Below, piece by piece: positions 18,441 to 26,847 of a DNA stretch of 64,000 nucleotides; the stretch's first letter is position 1, and every line of letters starts with the position of its first letter. The translations under genes were made by a program, and so were the position numbers. Under the pieces are notes generated by a model, which worked only from the letters and a program-made list of their open reading frames with translations, ran no database searches and was not told the origin of the DNA. The stretch comes from Methanobacteriota archaeon (GTDB taxonomy: Archaea > Thermoplasmatota > Thermoplasmata > RBG-16-68-12 > JAJISG01): the NCBI GenBank assembly GCA_030594205.1, contig JAUVFR010000003.1:19489-83488 (forward strand). Reading direction: 5' to 3'.

Positions 18441-19115
18441 ATGCAAGGCGCAACGAAGGGCTCACAGGTCAACATCGCCGGCTTCCGGTCGGACGATTTT
18501 CTCAGGTGGATCAACGAGAACGTCGACGAGACCATGCACAAGGCGAAGGAGCGCTTCTTGCCTCGCAACCTCCTAGACCGCTTCCTGAATTGGGCCAAGC
18601 GGAACTCCCCTTGGCCCCTCCACTGGGGCATCATGTGCTGCGCCATCGAGATGGCCGCCACTTCCGATCCCCGTTTCGACGCGGAGCGATTCGGCGTCAT
18701 TTACCGCTCCACTCCCCGGCAGACCGACATCCTCCTGCTGAATGGCCCCATCAGCCTGAAGCTCCGGCCCGTGGTCCTGCGCCTCTATGAGCAGATGCCC
18801 GACCCGAAGTGGGTTATGGCCATGGGGGAGTGCACGATTTGCGGAGGTCCCTACTACGACTCCTACAGCATCATCAAGGGTTCCTACACCATCGTCCCCA
18901 CGGACGTCTTCATTCCCGGCTGCCCCGTCCGGCCGGAGGCCCTCCTGGACGGGTTCCTCAAGCTGCGGAAGAAGATTCAGGCGGAGAAGCTGGGGTACAT
19001 CGCCACCCGCACGGGCCGCCTGGTGAGCGCCCGGGATGGACAGCTGCGTCGATGGGACCAGGGAGAGATGACCTACGAAGTCCCCCAAGTCCAAGACCCG
19101 AAAGTCAAAGGCTGA
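18441..19115 (+). CDS. NuoB / [NiFe]-hydrogenase small-subunit-like Fe-S protein (complex I 20-kDa family)
   Basis: NWAKRNSPWPLHWGIMCCAIEM, RSTPRQTDILLLNG, KWVMAMGECTICGGPY and VFIPGCPVRPE show that all four N2-type cluster cysteines are present. It also has N- and C-terminal extensions. Confidence 0.85.
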   Translation: MQGATKGSQVNIAGFRSDDFLRWINENVDETMHKAKERFLPRNLLDRFLNWAKRNSPWPLHWGIMCCAIEMAATSDPRFDAERFGVIYRSTPRQTDILLLNGPISLKLRPVVLRLYEQMPDPKWVMAMGECTICGGPYYDSYSIIKGSYTIVPTDVFIPGCPVRPEALLDGFLKLRKKIQAEKLGYIATRTGRLVSARDGQLRRWDQGEMTYEVPQVQDPKVKG

Positions 19116-19149
19116 CAGCGCCTCCATCACGAAGGTCTTCCTGCGGCCG

Positions 19150-19893
19150 ATGATGTTCACGCTCAAGCAGTTCATTCGCTCCACCCTCTTCCGCCGGCCC
19201 AACACGGTCCTCTACCCCTACGAGCGGCCCACCTTCCCCGAAAACGTGCGGAACCAGCACGAGATTGACTGGGAGAAGTGCATCGGATGCGAGATCTGCC
19301 GGAAGGTGTGTCCCAACGAGTGCATCTATTTCGAGTTCGTGGACGTCGGAGCGGACTACCAGCCCGGTCCCTTGCGGTCGGAGATGGACACCATCAAGAA
19401 GCAGGTTCGCCGACCGGCCGTGGATGTGGGCCACTGCCTCTTCTGCGGGGACTGCGAGGAGTTCTGCCCCACCGACGCCTACGGCTTCATCGACACCATC
19501 GAGCTCGCGGACTACGCCCGGGAGGACCTCTACTACCACGCCGAAGAGCTCATGAAGGCGCCCGAGGCGAGCGACAAGGAGAAGGTCCTCTTCAACCGGT
19601 TGGGGGAGAACCCCATCCTCCAGGTCGACGTCTGCATCGGGTGCCTCCGATGCGCTCGGGAGTGCCCCACCCTCTGCATGGACATGGTCCCAGGCCCGAA
19701 CGAGCGAAGGGACAAGCCCGTCCCCATTCCGGACATCGACTACTCCCGCTGCATCGGGTGCGCCCAGTGCGTGGACGTGTGCCCCGTGAACTGTCTCCAC
19801 ATGGAGGACGTGACCATCGACGACGCCTTCTTCTACCACGTGAATCCCCAAGAACTGACGCCCATTGTCAGCACTCTGGTGCAAGAGGAGTAG
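19150..19893 (+). CDS. NuoI-like polyferredoxin with four CxxCxxCxxxCP motifs
   Basis: NuoI-type N-terminus (TVLYPYERPTFPENVRNQHEIDWEKCIGCEICRKVCP). The further motifs are CLFCGDCEEFCP, CIGCLRCARECP and CIGCAQCVDVCP. Confidence 0.8.
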   Translation: MMFTLKQFIRSTLFRRPNTVLYPYERPTFPENVRNQHEIDWEKCIGCEICRKVCPNECIYFEFVDVGADYQPGPLRSEMDTIKKQVRRPAVDVGHCLFCGDCEEFCPTDAYGFIDTIELADYAREDLYYHAEELMKAPEASDKEKVLFNRLGENPILQVDVCIGCLRCARECPTLCMDMVPGPNERRDKPVPIPDIDYSRCIGCAQCVDVCPVNCLHMEDVTIDDAFFYHVNPQELTPIVSTLVQEE

Positions 19894-19951
19894 GCAGACT
19901 CAACCTTCGGCGTGAGGGCCGCCCCTCGGAGGAGGAACTCTGAACGCGGAT

Positions 19952-20308
19952 GTGAAACGAGCCCTGGAACGGGATCGGATCATCGACATCACGACCATCG
20001 GTCGGCGGACCGGCCTCCCGCGTCGGATTGAGATCTGGTTTCATCGGGTCGACGGCAGCCTTTACATTACAGGCACGCCGGGCCGTCGCGATTGGTACGC
20101 AAACCTCCTCCAGCATCCCGAGTTCACCTTCCACCTCAAAGCGAGTGCCCGAACGGACCTACCCGCCCGCGCCGTCCCGGTCGTGGACGACCTGCCGAGG
20201 AGGGAGATTCTTGGCCAGATTCTGCAAAACCTGGGCACAGGGAGGAACCTCGACGCCTGGGTGGCGGGCAGTCCTCTTGTGGAGGTCGTCCTGGGGGCGG
20301 ACACCTGA
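19952..20308 (+). CDS. deazaflavin (F420)-dependent nitroreductase family protein (DUF385/Ddn-like)
   Basis: ITTIGRRTGLPRRIEIWFHRVDGSLYITGTPGRRDWYANLLQHPEFTFHL matches the split beta-barrel Ddn/PPOX-like family. GTG start. Confidence 0.75.
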   Translation: MKRALERDRIIDITTIGRRTGLPRRIEIWFHRVDGSLYITGTPGRRDWYANLLQHPEFTFHLKASARTDLPARAVPVVDDLPRREILGQILQNLGTGRNLDAWVAGSPLVEVVLGADT

Positions 20309-21309
20309 AGGCCGAACTCGGGTTCTGGGCCGCACAAGAGCAGCACGATCCGGCAGAGCTGCTTCGCCTCCTCTCCGCGGCCGAACGGGCGGGATTCGAT
20401 AGGGCCATTTCAAGCGACCATTTCCACCCCTGGTTTCACACGGATTCCAGCTCCGGTTCCACCGTTGTCTGGCTCGCCTCCGCCCTGGAGCGGACCAGGT
20501 CGATGACCATCGGGACCGGCGTTACGGCCCCCATATACCGGTACCATCCTGCTATCCTCGCCCAGGACTTCGCGACCTTAGATCACTTGCATCCAGGGCG
20601 GGTCGCGATCGGGGTGGGAACGGGCGAAGCGATGAACGAAGTTCCGCTGGGCTTCGAGTGGCCCCCCTTCAAGGAGCGGATCGAGCGGATGGAGGAGGCC
20701 ATTCGCGTGATGCACCTCCTTTGGTCCGAGGACTTTGTCGACTTTGAGGGACGGCACTATCGCCTTCGCGGGGCGAATCTATACGTCCGACCGACGGGGC
20801 CGATCCCCATCAATGTGGCCGCCTCTGGGCCGAAGGCGGCGGAACTCGCGGGGCGCCTCGCGGACGGGCTTCTCACCGTCCCGATGGACAGGAGCCGTTA
20901 TGGCGAGGTCCTCCTTCCGGCCCTGCGTCGAGGCGCGGAGGCGGAGGGGCGCGACGCCTCCTCCCTGCGCCTCCTCCTCGAATTCAAGTTCTCCCTCGAC
21001 CCCGATTACGACCGGGCTCTGGCCTCGATTCGTCGGTGGGGCGCCACTGAGATTCCTCGCATCTTCGACGCGGAGGTGCATGACCCGCGCGAACTCGAGC
21101 GGATGGCCACGCAGGTGGAGGCGGCGGAGCTCCTCAAGACCTGGGAGGTCGTCACAGACGTCGAAGACCTCTTCGGACCCCTCGAGGAGTACGCGCGTCT
21201 CGGTTTCCATGAGCTCTATCTGCATAGCTCGAGCCCGGATGAAGAGGGGGTTCTACGCGAGCTGGGGCGCGGGCTGCTGCCTGCGTGGCAGGAGGAGGGG
21301 GCGCACTAG
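20305..21309 (+). CDS. LLM-class F420-dependent oxidoreductase (FGD-like TIM barrel)
   Basis: LGFWAAQEQHDPAELLRLLSAAERAGFDRAISSDHFHPW... and GVGTGEAMNE are typical of the family. Homology begins right at the upstream stop. There is no ATG/GTG/TTG there, only a CTG in a CTGA overlap (see findings). Confidence 0.75.
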   Translation: MKAELGFWAAQEQHDPAELLRLLSAAERAGFDRAISSDHFHPWFHTDSSSGSTVVWLASALERTRSMTIGTGVTAPIYRYHPAILAQDFATLDHLHPGRVAIGVGTGEAMNEVPLGFEWPPFKERIERMEEAIRVMHLLWSEDFVDFEGRHYRLRGANLYVRPTGPIPINVAASGPKAAELAGRLADGLLTVPMDRSRYGEVLLPALRRGAEAEGRDASSLRLLLEFKFSLDPDYDRALASIRRWGATEIPRIFDAEVHDPRELERMATQVEAAELLKTWEVVTDVEDLFGPLEEYARLGFHELYLHSSSPDEEGVLRELGRGLLPAWQEEGAH

Positions 21310-21369
21310 GTTAGATTGGCCCGCGGTGGGGAAAGGTTAAAGGCCCCTCCGCCCCATCATTACGGCGTT

Positions 21370-21672
21370 ATGCCATCCGAGCAGGAAGTCATGGACGTCT
21401 TGAAGAAGTGCTACGATCCCGAGATTCCCATCAACGTCGTGGATCTGGGCCTCATCTACGGCGTGGACATCGAAGACGAGAAGGTCCACGTGAGCATGAC
21501 CCTGACCTCCCCGGGATGCCCCATGCATACGATGATCTCTGAGGATATCAAGCGGAAACTCCTGAAGCTCGAGGACCTCAACGAGGCCGAGGTCGAGGTG
21601 GTCTGGGAGCCTCCGTGGAACCCCGAGAAGATGTCGGAGACGGCCAAGAAGATGCTTGGCTGGGGGATGTAG
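21370..21672 (+). CDS. DUF59 (SufT/MIP18-like) Fe-S cluster assembly protein
   Basis: VMDVLKKCYDPEIPINVVDLGLIYGVDI...MTLTSPGCPM is the DUF59 signature with its conserved Cys. Confidence 0.8.
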   Translation: MPSEQEVMDVLKKCYDPEIPINVVDLGLIYGVDIEDEKVHVSMTLTSPGCPMHTMISEDIKRKLLKLEDLNEAEVEVVWEPPWNPEKMSETAKKMLGWGM

Positions 21673-21844
21673 GCTCCAGCTTTCTCTCGACGCGGTCAAG
21701 ACCTCCACCGCCTCGACCGTGTGGGTTCCTTGGACGATCTTGCTTCCATCGCGCGATCGCTTAACTTCCGCCCTATCGACGGAGGGGCGGGACCACACCC
21801 CTTTTCCCGCTGTAAGCCCACAAGCTTGATATGGCCGCCACCTT

Positions 21845-23107
21845 TTGGATGCCCGGTCCCAGACCCCAGGGAGGCATAGGACGCCCCGGATCACGGATTG
21901 GGAGGACGATTTCTTCGCGTGTCTTCAGTGCGGCTATTGCGCCCCCGTGTGCCCGCCGTACCAGGAGATGGGCTGGGAGTCCATCACCCCTCGGGGGAAG
22001 ATGTACTACCTTCGCTCCCACTACATGAAAGGGCCCCTCGATCGTCTCCTCCGGCGGAAGACGCGCATCGATGCGTCGGTCGCGGAAGCAGTCTACAAGT
22101 GCACCTCGTGCGGCCACTGCGAGAGTGTGTGCCCGGTGGACATCCCCTTCTCCCGGACCTGGGACGAGATCAAGCAGTGGACGGTCGACCGGGGAGTGGC
22201 GAACTTCCCCGAGCACCAGGCGCAGATGGCGAACGTCGTCCAGGAGCGGAACATCTACGGCGAACCCCACGCCGAGCGGGCGGCGTGGCTGCCTGAGGAC
22301 GCCCAGCTCTCTGACAACCCAGAGGTCATCTACTGGGCCGGGTGCGCTGCGAGCTACCGCCAACAGGAGTTGGGGCGCGCCGTCATCAAGATCCTGAATG
22401 CGGCGGGGGTTCGGTACAACATCCTAGGAACGGACGAATGGTGCAGCGGGGGTCCCCTCATGCGCATGGGCTTCGTCCGCTACGTCGTCCGGGAGCTGGG
22501 GCCCCACAACGTGGAGGCAGTGGCCCGGACCGGGGTGAAGGCCCTCGTCACCGCGTGCGCCGAGTGCTATCGGGCTTTTGGGCGGGACTACCGGGAGAAG
22601 GGCGTCGGCAACCCGCCGTTCTCCGTCTATCACATCTCCCAATACGTGGAGCGGCTCGTGAAGGAGAAGCGGCTGAAGCTCAACAAGACATGGGAGAAGG
22701 ACCTCACCTTCCATGACGCCTGCCACATGGGGCGGAACGCCGGAAACTTCGAGGCGCCCCGGACGGCCATCAAGTTCGTCTCCAAGGCGAAGTACACGGA
22801 GATGCGGCGCAATCGGGACGACACCCTATGTAGCGGGGCCAGCGGGGGCTTCAACCTGGTGTGGAAGCGGGAGGCGCGGAACATCGCCCGGCGACGCCTG
22901 GAGGAAGCCCGGGCCACCGGATCCGAGGTCCTGGCGACGACGTGCCCCCACGCCGAGGCCCATTTCAAGGAGGTCGCCCGGCGGGCCAACATCCCCATTC
23001 GGGTCATGGATCTGGCGGAGCTCATCGCGGAATCCATGGAGCCGACCCCTAAGCCCGAGGCGGAGCCTGAGCAGGCGGAACCCCTCGAGGAGCCTGCCGC
23101 CACCTAG
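21845..23107 (+). CDS. (Fe-S)-binding protein, HdrD/GlcF-like with two variant CCG domains
   Basis: CLQCGYCAPVCPP and CTSCGHCESVCPV ferredoxin motifs, ITPRGK, and two CCG-type repeats (GCAASY...WCSGGP...CAEC and DACHMGR...LCSGASGG...TTCPHA). TTG is the only in-frame canonical start. Confidence 0.8.
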   Translation: MDARSQTPGRHRTPRITDWEDDFFACLQCGYCAPVCPPYQEMGWESITPRGKMYYLRSHYMKGPLDRLLRRKTRIDASVAEAVYKCTSCGHCESVCPVDIPFSRTWDEIKQWTVDRGVANFPEHQAQMANVVQERNIYGEPHAERAAWLPEDAQLSDNPEVIYWAGCAASYRQQELGRAVIKILNAAGVRYNILGTDEWCSGGPLMRMGFVRYVVRELGPHNVEAVARTGVKALVTACAECYRAFGRDYREKGVGNPPFSVYHISQYVERLVKEKRLKLNKTWEKDLTFHDACHMGRNAGNFEAPRTAIKFVSKAKYTEMRRNRDDTLCSGASGGFNLVWKREARNIARRRLEEARATGSEVLATTCPHAEAHFKEVARRANIPIRVMDLAELIAESMEPTPKPEAEPEQAEPLEEPAAT

Positions 23108-23457
23108 ATCCAGCGGTAGAGGACCTTGAAAAAGCCCTCCTTCCTCGACTCGTCTCGGAAGCCCAACCACGACCGGATCGCGTTCCGGAGTTCCTCCACG
23201 TCCTCCCCGAACCCCGTGAGCATGGCGTCGTACTGCGTCAGGTCCTCCAGGCGTTGGGCCTCCACGAGGATGACCTGGGCCTCCCCCAACCGATCCTCTC
23301 CTAGCCGGACGTCGAAGAGGTTGCCGGGGAACCACGGCTCCTTGTCCGCCTCCTCCTTGCCCCGGTAAATGTAGTAGACCAGTTGCTTCCGGAGCTTCTC
23401 CTCGTCGATGGGAGGCTGGTAGGCGTAGGACTTCTTGGTTTGGGCGGGTGCGACCAC
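23104..23457 (-). CDS. hypothetical protein (117 aa)
   Basis: This is the C-terminal part of ORF 23104..23913. The GTG at 23457 is preceded by GGGAGGAG (9-nt spacer) and a CTATATAC box. The longer ORF would run through tRNA-Leu. Confidence 0.5.
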   Translation of the reverse strand: MVAPAQTKKSYAYQPPIDEEKLRKQLVYYIYRGKEEADKEPWFPGNLFDVRLGEDRLGEAQVILVEAQRLEDLTQYDAMLTGFGEDVEELRNAIRSWLGFRDESRKEGFFKVLYRWI

Positions 23458-23550
23458 GATCCCCGTCTCCTCCCTTTCGGACAAGGACGTTGGGTATATA
23501 GCTGCTGAGGCGGGGAAAGGCAAAAGGGAGGGGAGGCATATTCCGAGGCC

Positions 23551-23634
23551 GCGGAGGTAGCCAAGCCTGGTCAACGGCGCAGCCCTTAGGAGGCTGTCCT
23601 TAGTGGTTCGCAGGTTCAAATCCTGCCCTCCGCA
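23551..23634 (+). tRNA. tRNA-Leu (anticodon UAG)
   Basis: Hand-folded cloverleaf. Acceptor GCGGAGG/CCTCCGC, anticodon stem CAGCC/GGCTG with loop CTTAGGA, long variable arm, T arm GCAGG-TTCAAAT-CCTGC, discriminator A, no encoded CCA. Confidence 0.9.
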
Positions 23635-23809
23635 CTTGCTTTGAAAGTAGAATCGGGGCAGCGGGTCGAGCACTGAATGGCGTGATCGTCCTTCCCAGGG
23701 TCCGGGACGTTTCGCGGGATGGATTGGCGGAACCGGGCAGCTTGCACGCCTCCCGTGCCGAGTCCCAACGAAGGAGGGCCCCTTAAACACCTTCGGAGAT
23801 GGGGGAGCG

Positions 23810-24484
23810 ATGAAGAAAGAGGAGGTCATGGCCCGCCTTGAGTCGCTCGCCGATCCGGAGGGCCATGAGGGCATGGCTCGATTCGGAATCATCACGGCCC
23901 GGGCCTTGGGCATTCGCGTTCCAGAGCTGCGCCGGCTCGCCCGAGAGATCGGTCCCGATCACGGCCTCGCGCAGGAGCTCTGGGCGACTCGCGTCCACGA
24001 AGCCCGCATCCTGGCCTCCATGGTCGATGAGCCATCTGCGGTGACCGAGACACAGATGGAAGCATGGGTACGCGACTTTGATTCATGGGATGTCTGCGAC
24101 CAGGTGTGTGGCAACCTCTTCGACAAGACGCCCTATGCCTACGAGAAGGCCGTGGCCTGGAGTGGTCGAGACGACGAGTTCGTCAAGCGAGCGGGCTTCG
24201 CCCTGATGGCGTATCTGGCGGTCCACGACAAAGAGGCGGAGGATGGGGCCCTTCTCGCCTTCCTACCCTGGATTGAAAGGGAAGCCGCCGACGGTCGGAA
24301 TTACGTGAAAAAGGCAGTCAATTGGGCGCTCCGGCAGATCGGAAAGCGGAACCGCCTCCTCAACGAAGAGGCCATTGCCACCGCGAAGAGAGTTCGGTCC
24401 CAGGGGTCACCTCCCGCTCGTTGGATCGCGTCCGATGCCCTAAGGGAACTGGAAAGCGAGGCCGTCCAGGCTCGCCTCGCCTGA
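23810..24484 (+). CDS. DNA alkylation repair protein (AlkD-like HEAT repeat)
   Basis: 224 aa of helical repeats. WATRVHEARILA, FVKRAGFALMAY and VKKAVNWALRQIGKRN are typical of the DNA_alkylation family. Confidence 0.8.
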   Translation: MKKEEVMARLESLADPEGHEGMARFGIITARALGIRVPELRRLAREIGPDHGLAQELWATRVHEARILASMVDEPSAVTETQMEAWVRDFDSWDVCDQVCGNLFDKTPYAYEKAVAWSGRDDEFVKRAGFALMAYLAVHDKEAEDGALLAFLPWIEREAADGRNYVKKAVNWALRQIGKRNRLLNEEAIATAKRVRSQGSPPARWIASDALRELESEAVQARLA

Positions 24485-24500
24485 GCGTTTCTGAGACCCC

Positions 24501-24995
24501 TCAACGCCAGAGCTCGCCGAGGGCGACCCGCTCCAGAACGAGGTCGAAGACCCGATTCCGATCCACGGTCGCGCTCTCCTCCTTCGTGATGCCAAACGCA
24601 GGGAGCATCTCGACTCGGCCGTCGAGGAGGCTGTCGTCGCGTCCAAGCCCGAGTTTTCGGATCAGGGGATCGGGGTCCCCTTCTCCTACGACGAGAAGGG
24701 CCGCGCCCTCTTGGCCTTCCTTCAGCCCCAGCTTCTCCAGGGCCGTGGTGATCTGTCGCTCCCCCGAGGCAAACAGGAGGATCTCCATCATCCGGTCCGA
24801 AGCCACGTTTGTCCCCCGTTCGAAGGCCCGCTCCGCGTGCTCCCAGGCCACCAGCAGGTGCTCCGCCCCGAACACCAGGTCCGCATCGAAGGCCTGCGCT
24901 TCGAGATTCAGCTCCTGGGCTACCTCCCGGAGGCGCTTCACGAACGCCCGCACCGGGCCGACTTCACCCCGGACGCCGACCGCGGAACACTTCAT
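24501..24995 (-). CDS. cgi121: KEOPS complex subunit Cgi121
   Basis: MEILLFASGERQITTALEKLG and VLERVALGEL match archaeal Cgi121 motifs. ATG at 24995 gives about 164 aa. Confidence 0.75.
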   Translation of the reverse strand: MKCSAVGVRGEVGPVRAFVKRLREVAQELNLEAQAFDADLVFGAEHLLVAWEHAERAFERGTNVASDRMMEILLFASGERQITTALEKLGLKEGQEGAALLVVGEGDPDPLIRKLGLGRDDSLLDGRVEMLPAFGITKEESATVDRNRVFDLVLERVALGELWR

Positions 24996-26808
24996 GCCGC
25001 TCCTCCAATGCTTTCCGACGATAAGCCCGCAGGATGTCACCTCGGGACAGAATGCCAACGATCTCCCGAGGGTCTTCGACCCGGACCACGGGGAGGTGTC
25101 CGATGCCCGCGATGGCCATCCGCTCCATGGCCACCTCCAGACTCTCCGACGGGTTCACCACGATGAGCCGCTGGGTCTCCACCTCCCGGACCGTCGCGTC
25201 GGGGCCGAACTCCGCCAAGGCCCTTCGGACGTCCTCGTGGGTGATGATGCCCACGAGAAGGCCCACCTCGTCCACCACCGGGAAGCCCTGGTGTCCCGTT
25301 GTGATCATCCTACGGCCCACCTCCTGGACGAGGGTCTCCTCGTGAACCGTGTCCACGGTGGCCACCATGGCGTCCCGGACCTGGACCGTTCGGAGCACGT
25401 TGAGTTCGATGTCGTGTTCGAAGAGGATCCCTTTGCGGCGTAGGACGCCTGTGTAGAGGGTATCTCGCTGCAGGAGGATGGAGACCCCATCCGCCACGAC
25501 GGCCGCCAGCATCACGGGGAGAATGAACTGGAAATCTCCGGTAAGCTCGAAGACGATGACGATGGAGGTGAGGGTGGCCCGGGTGACCCCCGCGAGGAGG
25601 GCCCCCATCCCGACGATGGCGTAGGCCGCAAACGGGCTGGTCATGTCCGGGGCCAGGGCGTTGAAGGCCAGCCCCATGGCAGCCCCCAGCATGGCTCCCA
25701 TGAAGAGGGAGGGGGCGAAACCCCCGCCGCTGCCGCCGGACCCCAGGGTCAGGCCCGTGGCGACCATCTTGACGAAGCCCAGGCCCAGGAGGAGGGCGAT
25801 TGCTAACCCGAGAGGCGTCGAGGCCGGGAGGAGGCTCCCATTCACGGTCGCTAGGAGGGTCTGGTAACCCGCACCCATGATTTGGGGGACGAAGATGGCC
25901 AAGGGGACCAGGATGCCCGCCCCCAGGGCGGGGATGAGGTACGGTGGGAGGCGGATCCGGTCGAAGGCGTCCCCCAGGGCGAATCGGACCCGTATCCAGA
26001 AGATGGCGAACAGGCCGGCCGCCAGGCCCAGGAGGATGAAGAAGCCCAGCTCCAAGGGGGAGCCGAGGGAGTAGGTCACGGGGAGCTGGGGCCCCCGCGG
26101 AAGGAAGAGGCCGATGACGGCGGAGGCGAACACGGAGGAGATGACGAGGGGGATGAAGGAACGCGTCCGGAGCTCCAAGAGGATGAGTTCGAGGGCGAAG
26201 AGGACGCCCGCGATGGGCGCGTTGAAGGTGGCGGCGATGGCCCCCGCGGCGCCGCACGCCAGGAGGATCTTCCGCGGCGTGTTCGCCAGCCCGAGGGCCT
26301 GGGCGAGCGCGGATCCCGAGGCGGCCCCGATCTGGACGATGGGTCCTTCGCGTCCCGCCGAGGCCCCGCTGCCGACGGTGAGGGCAGAGGCCACGGCTTT
26401 CAGCGCAATGACTCGGGGCCGCATCCGCCCCTCCTGGGCCAGGCTGGCCTCCATGACCTGTGCCACGCCCGCGCCGCGCACCTCCGGGGCAAGGTAATGG
26501 CTGATCAGGCCCACGAGAAGGCCGGCCAGGGGGAGGATGAGGACGAGGAGGATCAGGGGGTTCCCCAGTTCCGAGTAGAAGAACGTGGCGTCCAGGTTGA
26601 AGATGCTCGGATCGACCCAAGGCTGGCCGAACAGCACCCCGCCGTTGTGGAAGACGGAGAGGAAGATCCAGAGGAGGTATCGGAACCCCAGGGCCGCGAA
26701 GGCGGTGATGATGCCGATGAGGGCGGCCAGGCTGCTCAGAGTGAGGTATTCCCGGACGACCTCCCGGGTGACGTAAGGGTGGGGTCTGCGGGCCGCGGCG
26801 GCTTCCAT
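24964..26808 (-). CDS. ClC-type voltage-gated chloride channel with C-terminal CBS pair
   Basis: GSGASAGREGPIVQIGA, GAIAATFNAPIAGVLFALE and GSGGSGGGFAPSL selectivity motifs. There are two CBS domains at the C-terminus. Confidence 0.9.
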   Translation of the reverse strand: MEAAAARRPHPYVTREVVREYLTLSSLAALIGIITAFAALGFRYLLWIFLSVFHNGGVLFGQPWVDPSIFNLDATFFYSELGNPLILLVLILPLAGLLVGLISHYLAPEVRGAGVAQVMEASLAQEGRMRPRVIALKAVASALTVGSGASAGREGPIVQIGAASGSALAQALGLANTPRKILLACGAAGAIAATFNAPIAGVLFALELILLELRTRSFIPLVISSVFASAVIGLFLPRGPQLPVTYSLGSPLELGFFILLGLAAGLFAIFWIRVRFALGDAFDRIRLPPYLIPALGAGILVPLAIFVPQIMGAGYQTLLATVNGSLLPASTPLGLAIALLLGLGFVKMVATGLTLGSGGSGGGFAPSLFMGAMLGAAMGLAFNALAPDMTSPFAAYAIVGMGALLAGVTRATLTSIVIVFELTGDFQFILPVMLAAVVADGVSILLQRDTLYTGVLRRKGILFEHDIELNVLRTVQVRDAMVATVDTVHEETLVQEVGRRMITTGHQGFPVVDEVGLLVGIITHEDVRRALAEFGPDATVREVETQRLIVVNPSESLEVAMERMAIAGIGHLPVVRVEDPREIVGILSRGDILRAYRRKALEERHEVFRGRRPG

Positions 26809-26847
26809 GCTTGGCTGGGAGGGGGCACACCCGCGCTTGGCAAAAAC

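Noticed and set aside
23458-24000. An integrated element at tRNA-Leu (and at tRNA-Gln, 33910..34100).
   Set aside because: There is no integrase, no partial tRNA direct repeat and no compositional break next to either tRNA. The flanking genes are ordinary housekeeping genes.
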